Source: Syntrophorhabdaceae bacterium (GTDB lineage Bacteria > Desulfobacterota > Syntrophorhabdia > Syntrophorhabdales > Syntrophorhabdaceae). Taken from it: 64,000 nt of DNA. Position 1 is the first letter of the stretch. Each line of letters starts with the position of its first letter. Shown here in pieces: positions 58,379 through 64,000 of this stretch. Where the stretch lies: contig CAXXUO010000002.1 of assembly GCA_963666485.2 (NCBI GenBank), positions 605,466-669,465 on the forward strand, written 5' to 3'. Made by a program: the position numbers and the translations under genes. A model generated the notes under the pieces. That model worked only from the letters and a program-made list of their open reading frames with translations. It did not search any database and had not been told where the DNA came from.

Positions 58379-58523
58379 GGTTCAAGGTTCAACGCAAAAA
58401 GGGCTGTGAAATATAAAGCTGGTTTTTTAAGACACTGGATTCCCGCTTTCGCGGGAATGACGGCTCGGGCAAGCACCGGGACGATGCTTGTCCGCTTTTC
58501 GCGTGGAACGTGGAACGTGGAAC
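58379..58523. repeat. Heptamer arrays enclosing a REP palindrome
   Basis: (ggttcaa)x2, REP 58429-58462, (gtggaac)x3. Confidence 0.8.
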
Positions 58524-58532
58524 CGCTTTTTA

Positions 58533-58745
58533 TTAATACCCGTACCCGGTGTCCGTATGCCATTCGCCTTCATTGCGCATGAGCCTGTTGCCCTGATAAT
58601 CATAGGTAGTATAATCTTTTCCGCTTGTCCTGTACTCCCCGCTTTCCGTGTAATACTGCCACCCTCTTGAAGAACATCCATGGAGGCCCGTTATGGCGGC
58701 CGCCATGACGACCAGCATCGAACATAGTAAAAAAAACCGTTTCAT
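58533..58745 (-). CDS. Small lipoprotein
   Basis: LHGC lipobox; RBS aggagg. Confidence 0.7.
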   Translation of the reverse strand: MKRFFLLCSMLVVMAAAITGLHGCSSRGWQYYTESGEYRTSGKDYTTYDYQGNRLMRNEGEWHTDTGYGY

Positions 58746-58865
58746 TTCTGACCTCCTGTTGTGCGTGACCCTCAGACTGAATCTATTGTCTCCGTCTTCT
58801 TTGTCAAGTGGAGCGTGCGGTCAGGCCCGCACTGAGGCAGGGCGGCGAAGGTCTCGTCCTTTTTT

Positions 58866-59040
58866 AAGACACTGGATCCCGGCCTTCGCCGGGATGACGG
58901 AAAAAATGTTCAACGTTCAAGGTTCAACGTTCAAAGCTAAAAAAAGAAACATAGTTCCTGGACTTTCCTCAAACCTTCCTTCCACTGTTTTTGACGGGAG
59001 ACAGCTTTTGCCTGAAACGTGGAACTTGGAACGTGGAACC
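58866..59040. repeat. REP palindrome followed by inverted heptamer arrays
   Basis: REP 58866-58900; (gttcaas)x4 at 58908-58934; (g/t)tggaac x3 at 59019-59040. Confidence 0.85.
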
Positions 59041-59057
59041 GGTTTTTCGCCGTTCCC

Positions 59058-60467
59058 CTATTCTCCTTTTCTGTGTTCTTCGATCAGCCGGTCCCTTAAG
59101 GTTTTTAGTCTTGTGCTGATACCCACTTTGTAAATATGCGGATTTTCGAAACGCTTATACGCAGAGGGAAGCATCTGGAGGCGTTCACGGCTGTATTGCG
59201 CAATTTGGGACAATGGGGGCGGGTCGTATACGATCTTACCCTCGACCATCACAGGACGAAGCAGGGGTTCGATCACCTTGGTTTTTATGGTCGTCGACTG
59301 GTGGGGGAAGAACGGGTGGTGCATTTCGGCGAGGTCCGTTTCGTCTTCGAGGGCTATGATATCCGCACCAAGAAATTGGCCCTGATCATCGATGGCGCGC
59401 CATACCTGTTTCTTGTCAGGGAGGGTGATCTTGAAAATGTTCTCCGAAAGTTTGATGACCGGCTGGCCGCCTGCCCGGGCCAGCTTGTAGACGCCGTCGA
59501 GGGCGGCGTCGGGCTGGCCGGTGACGACGGCCGTGCCCACACCGAACACGTCGATGGGGGCGCCCTGGTTCATCAGGCTCCGGATGACATACTCATCGAG
59601 CTGATTGGATGCGGCGATCATGACGTAGCCGAGGCCGGCCTCGTCGAGCATCGCCCGGCTTTTTTCTGTGAGGTAGGACAGGTCTCCGCTGTCTAAGCGT
59701 ATGCCTTTCAGCCGGTGGCCTTTTTGCTCCATTTCCTTTGCGACGGTGATCGCGTTGGGGACTCCGCTCAACAGGGTGTTGTATGTGTCCACGAGGAAGA
59801 TACAATCGCCGGGGCGGGCGGAGGCGAAGCTCCGAAAGGCGGCGAGCTCGCTTTCACAGCTCTGGATATAGGAGTGCGCCATGGTGCCGGACGGGGGGAC
59901 GCTGTAATCCCTCGCTACCCGCACGTTGCTGGTAGCGTCGAACCCCCCGATGACTGCCGCGCGGCTGGCGTAGTACCCTCCCGGGCCCTGAGCGCGGCGC
60001 AGCCCGAAATCGATAAGCGAACGATCCTTGGCTGCAAGGCGCATGCGGCTGGCCTTGGTCGCGATGAGCGACTGGAAATTGACAATGTTGAGGAGCACCG
60101 TTTCAATCAGCTGGGTCTCGATCAGGTCCCCCTCGACCCTCAGGACCGGGCGTGTCGGAAATACGAGATCGCCTTCGGGAGGAGAATAAATTGTGCCTTT
60201 AAACCTGAAATTTTCCAGGTATGCCAGGTAACCGGGATCAAAAGATTGACTCTTCAGAAAACGCAGGTCTTCCCCGTCAAAGCGAAATGTCTCGAGTACC
60301 GGAAGGAGGTCCGCCAGGCCCGCGAAAATGGTATACCCTCCGCCGAACGGGTTCTTACGGAAAAAGTAATCGAATACGGCCACGTCGTCTTTTCGGCCGG
60401 CCAGAAAATAGGCCTGGCCCATCGTGAGCTCGTATTGATCGGTATACGTCGCCGAAAATTCAAACAT
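59058..60467 (-). CDS. pncB: Nicotinate phosphoribosyltransferase
   Basis: TDQYELTM, DFGLRRAQG, GTMAHS, LVDTY, IRLDSGDL, FGVGT, VYKL. Confidence 0.96.
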   Translation of the reverse strand: MFEFSATYTDQYELTMGQAYFLAGRKDDVAVFDYFFRKNPFGGGYTIFAGLADLLPVLETFRFDGEDLRFLKSQSFDPGYLAYLENFRFKGTIYSPPEGDLVFPTRPVLRVEGDLIETQLIETVLLNIVNFQSLIATKASRMRLAAKDRSLIDFGLRRAQGPGGYYASRAAVIGGFDATSNVRVARDYSVPPSGTMAHSYIQSCESELAAFRSFASARPGDCIFLVDTYNTLLSGVPNAITVAKEMEQKGHRLKGIRLDSGDLSYLTEKSRAMLDEAGLGYVMIAASNQLDEYVIRSLMNQGAPIDVFGVGTAVVTGQPDAALDGVYKLARAGGQPVIKLSENIFKITLPDKKQVWRAIDDQGQFLGADIIALEDETDLAEMHHPFFPHQSTTIKTKVIEPLLRPVMVEGKIVYDPPPLSQIAQYSRERLQMLPSAYKRFENPHIYKVGISTRLKTLRDRLIEEHRKGE

Positions 60468-60772
60468 GTCGTTTCTTCCTTCCGGGTATCTTTACGATCG
60501 GCGCCAGGACCCTTCTGAACATTTTTCCTCCTCGATCTAATATAAAACCACATGGCCGGCTTTTCGATTTTATCCTTGTATATTGAAAGATTACCTTTTA
60601 ATTTGCAAGGATAATTTAAGGTTGCCGCGCCCCCTTCCTTTTCTTGGGAAAACCCTTTTTTTCTGTTATAGTGTGATGGATGTAAACCCGGTTTAGCGGT
60701 ATGTCCGGTCTTTGTCTGAAACGTGAAACATGAATCTTGAAACGGCCCGCAAGGCGGGCCCGCGGAGGGCAC

Positions 60773-61264
60773 GTGAAAATAAGCGGACTATTCCTTTTGT
60801 GCTTTTTGCTGCTTCTCGCCGCGGCTGGCCCGTGCCGGGCCGATGACGGGAGAGAGCTTCACGGCATATGGAAACTGGTTTCCTCCGAAGCGGAGATCCG
60901 GGCAACGGGTGCGAAAGAACCGGTCATGGGGAAAGGCGCCGCGGGATTTGCGATGTTCTCGCCTGAAGGAAGGGTATTCATTATCCTGACGGGGGAAGGA
61001 CGCAAACCGGCGAAAAACGATCATGACCTTGCCATGTTGATGAACAGCCTCATTTCTTATACGGGCACGTACCGGGTGGAAGGCAGTACCTGGACCACCA
61101 GGGTCGACGTTGCCTGGAGCCCGGAACTTGTCGGGACCGAACAGGTGCGCTCCTTCCGGATAGACGGCGACCGGCTGGAGGTAGTGACGCCATGGGCCGT
61201 GCATCCGAATTGGCCGGGGAAGGGAGTGCTTCGGGGGGTCCTTACGTTTGAGCGGGTAAAATGA
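60773..61264 (+). CDS. Lipocalin-like domain protein
   Basis: LHGIWKLVS, ISYTGTYRV, GTEQVR, LTFER. Confidence 0.8.
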   Translation: MKISGLFLLCFLLLLAAAGPCRADDGRELHGIWKLVSSEAEIRATGAKEPVMGKGAAGFAMFSPEGRVFIILTGEGRKPAKNDHDLAMLMNSLISYTGTYRVEGSTWTTRVDVAWSPELVGTEQVRSFRIDGDRLEVVTPWAVHPNWPGKGVLRGVLTFERVK

Positions 61265-61313
61265 ACGCGCCCGCACATGTTTCCATGCGGTTATATCCTT
61301 GAGGAGACGGCAC

Positions 61314-62243
61314 ATGAAAAAGGCTTTTATCCTGCTGATATTTTTAGGTCCCTTCTTCGCCTCGAGCGTACTTTTCGCGTCACCGCCCGTCAGGCCATAC
61401 AGCGGCGGCCCCTCGCGGGCAGAGATCGATGCGCAGCTCCAAAGGGAGAAAGAGGCGCTGCCGCCCTATCCCGTAAAGTCTCCCGAGGAACTCTGGCGCG
61501 AAGGAGAGAGCCTCTTTGCAAAAAAGCACTACGGTGAAGGCGTCGTGCTGATGCGTGCCAGCGTGAAGGCTGCCCCCGATGCCGGACGGCAGGACAGGCT
61601 TGCGAGGTATGAAGCTGAACTGGCACAGGAGAAGAAAAAAGCCCTGGAAATACGCGACCAGGGAAAGAACTGGCAGGAACGGGGCAGCATGGGCAAGGCC
61701 GCGGCGGCCTACACATCCAGCCTGCGCATATGGCCGGACCCTTTGCTCGAGTCTCACGTTCAGTACCTCAACTCCCCGGGATCGGTGAAAAGCGACGCAG
61801 AGATAGTGGAGACCCTTCCTTGCACTATCCTTGACGTGAGCGCCGCTGAAGTACCCGTCGATTTTTCCCTGGAATACGCGCCGGGAATGAACCAGAGCGA
61901 CCGCAGGACGGTGACGCGCGAGGAACTCTTCCGTGACGGCAGGCTTGTCAGGTATTCAAAAAGCCGCATATCCCTGAGACAGGACGGCCCGCCGCAATAC
62001 ACAACGGCGCCGAAAAGAGTTCCCGAGATGGCCGTGCGGCAACTCTACGCCGCGACGCAGGCCTGTTCATTCAACGAGCTGGGCTCCTATAGAAAGGCAA
62101 ATGACTCCAACAAATGGGGAACGCCCTGGAGGCTCACCCTCAAGGCCGGCGGAAAGACGCACACCGCACAGGTCCTGCGCGCCTATGTCAGCAGGTTTGA
62201 ATATGTCCTCGCCCTGTTCAAGAAAACAGTGGAGGGTTATTGA
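61314..62243 (+). CDS. Exported hypothetical protein with TPR-like helices
   Basis: Signal peptide; GESLFAKKHY, AAAAYTSSLRIWPD. Confidence 0.65.
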   Translation: MKKAFILLIFLGPFFASSVLFASPPVRPYSGGPSRAEIDAQLQREKEALPPYPVKSPEELWREGESLFAKKHYGEGVVLMRASVKAAPDAGRQDRLARYEAELAQEKKKALEIRDQGKNWQERGSMGKAAAAYTSSLRIWPDPLLESHVQYLNSPGSVKSDAEIVETLPCTILDVSAAEVPVDFSLEYAPGMNQSDRRTVTREELFRDGRLVRYSKSRISLRQDGPPQYTTAPKRVPEMAVRQLYAATQACSFNELGSYRKANDSNKWGTPWRLTLKAGGKTHTAQVLRAYVSRFEYVLALFKKTVEGY

Positions 62244-62545
62244 GTGAATTGGTAAAATCAGTGGTGACTAAAAGACCCCCTTCTCCCTCCTCTCCGAAAC
62301 CCGCCAGGTCCATCGCCTACCCCGCTTTTGCCGACGGCGTCGACCTGCCCCAGATAGCTTTCCGGAAGAAGAAGGGTGAGAGCGTATTCTCCCCTTTGTT
62401 CCCCATGGAGAAAGCGCCGCTCCTTACAAAGAACGCGGGCCTCTCCGCACGGGGTGAACGAGCTTTGCTATTCACGTTTTATGACGCTCATCTCGGCGGC
62501 CTGGCCGGAAGGGGCGGATTCGGACATCACGGTCAGCATTGTTGC

Positions 62546-63121
62546 CCGGCGCGCCCCGGCCCCCGCCTGTTCCGCTCCAGCTACCGGCGCCTGCTGCAGG
62601 GCTGGGGTTTCGATGCCAACAATCCGCAAGGAGCGGTGCTCAAGGGCTGGGTGGAAAGCCGCTTCGGCCTGCTGCCCACCTTCCACAAGGAGCCCCTGGG
62701 CCGCTATCCCTCCCGGGCCTGGATGACCTATGTGGAAGAGAAGATGTGCGCCCGCTTCCACAACAACTCCATCCAGCTGCAGCTTGATCTGCTCTACGAG
62801 TACTGCCAGTGGATGCTGGCCCGCTACACCTTTCCCAGCCGCCGCCACCTGACCCTCTACCGGGGCGTGAACGACCTCTCCGAACACCACGTGGTCAGCA
62901 CCCTGTCGCGGCGGGAGGCCATCGTGCGGCAGAACAACCTGATCTCCTTCACCGACGACCGGGAAGTGGCCGACCAGTTCGGCGACACCATCCTGGAAGT
63001 GCAGGTACCCCTGGTGAAGATCCTCTTCTTCAACGGCCTCCTGCCCGGCCCCGTGCTCAAGGGCGAAGGCGAGTACCTGGTGATCGGCGGCGATTACCGG
63101 GTGCAGATGAGCTACTACTGA
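62546..63121 (+). pseudogene. draT: NAD+--dinitrogenase-reductase ADP-ribosyltransferase, 5'-truncated
   Basis: SYRRLLQGWGFDAN..QGAVLKGWVESRFGLLPTFH, QLDLLYEY, LYRG, NNLISFT, GEGEYLVIGG; N-terminus not recognisable. Confidence 0.88.
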
Positions 63122-63134
63122 AGGAGCCTGCGTC

Positions 63135-64000
63135 GTGTTCCTCACCCAGCCCCGCCAGCCCCCCGCCCCGCCCGGCTCCCTGCTCGACCGGGTGCGGGCC
63201 GCCTACCTGGGCTTTGCCATCGGCGACGCCCTCGGCGCCACGGTGGAGTTCCTCACCCCCGGCGAAATCGCCGCCCAGTACGGCGTGCATGAACACATCA
63301 CCGGCGGCGGCTGGCTGCGCCTGAAGCCTGGCCAGATCACCGACGACACCCAGATGAGCCTGGCCCTGGGCGACGCCATCCTGGAACACCCGGAATGGAA
63401 CCTCACCTGCGTCGCCGAACACTTCCTCGCCTGGCTGAAGACCAAGCCCATCGACGTGGGCAACACCTGCCGCCGCGGCATCGTCCGCTACATGCACAAG
63501 GGCACCCTGGAATCCCCCTACAGCGACGGCGATGCCGGCAACGGCGCCGTCATGCGCAACCTGCCGGTGGTCATCGCCACCCTGGGGGACGACGACGCCT
63601 TTGCCCGCTGGAGCCTGGAACAGGCCCACCTGACCCACAACCATCCCCTCTCCGACGTGGCCACCCTGACCCTGGGCTGCATGACCCGAGCCCTGCTGCG
63701 GGGCGAAGGCAAGGAGCGGGCGCGGCAGCTGGCCGACGCCCTGGTGGCCGGCCACCGCAACTTCCGCTTCGATCCCTACCCCAAGCGGGCCACCGGCTAT
63801 GTGGTGGACACCCTGCAAACCGTCTGCCACGCCTTCTTCAGCACCGACAGCTTCGAGGCCTGCCTGGTGAAGACGGTGAACCTGGGAGGCGACGCGGACA
63901 CCAACGGCGCCCTGGCCGCCATGCTCGCCGGCGCCCACTACGGCGAGGCCGCCATACCCTTCCGCTGGCTGCGGCGCCTGGACCGGCACGCCCGCATGGC
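63135..64000 (+). CDS. draG: ADP-ribosyl-dinitrogenase-reductase glycohydrolase (runs off window)
   Basis: GDALGATVEF, ITDDTQM, GNGAVMR, VNLGGDADTNGA; RBS aaggag; directly after draT. Confidence 0.93.
   Translation, partial: MFLTQPRQPPAPPGSLLDRVRAAYLGFAIGDALGATVEFLTPGEIAAQYGVHEHITGGGWLRLKPGQITDDTQMSLALGDAILEHPEWNLTCVAEHFLAWLKTKPIDVGNTCRRGIVRYMHKGTLESPYSDGDAGNGAVMRNLPVVIATLGDDDAFARWSLEQAHLTHNHPLSDVATLTLGCMTRALLRGEGKERARQLADALVAGHRNFRFDPYPKRATGYVVDTLQTVCHAFFSTDSFEACLVKTVNLGGDADTNGALAAMLAGAHYGEAAIPFRWLRRLDRHARM

Noticed and set aside
62240..63121. Full-length 293-aa DraT or novel fusion
   Set aside because: The first ~100 aa lack DraT features and the composition shifts at the junction

Overview
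Bacterial chromosomal window. Gene content (sigma54 aromatic/fatty-acid uptake operon, DUF134/NifX cluster, many TA modules) suggests an anaerobic Desulfobacterota, possibly Syntrophorhabdus-like; this is inference. Positions 1-32 kb are mostly housekeeping, transport and regulation (hisS, iscU-like, MFS, queF-like, thyX, moaE, Kef, pncA, a metal/redox operon, a fused ABC transporter, and Liv-ABC + CoA ligase with a two-component system). Positions 32-57 kb are accessory: TA modules and orphans, a PLA2-like toxin with a lipoprotein partner, repeated phosphatase copies, an HNH nuclease, a Y1/HUH (RAYT-like) transposase, a glycosylase, rhodanese and bacterioferritin. Four intergenic repeat families are present: GGGGACGTCC sites, inverted heptamer arrays, GTCATCCCGG REP-like palindromes, and a ~300 bp MITE. 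Top leads: (1) GGGGACGTCC sites that bracket the Y1 transposase and punctuate neighbouring cargo genes like cassettes; (2) a NifU-like ORF missed by the ORF track, with an in-frame TGA and a SECIS-like hairpin (candidate selenoprotein); (3) a four-helix-bundle gene inside inverted heptamer arrays, with empty copies elsewhere; (4) a QueF homologue lacking the catalytic Cys. After about 62545 the sequence switches abruptly to a 5'-truncated draT plus draG, probably an assembly/contig junction. No rRNA, tRNA or CRISPR array was found.
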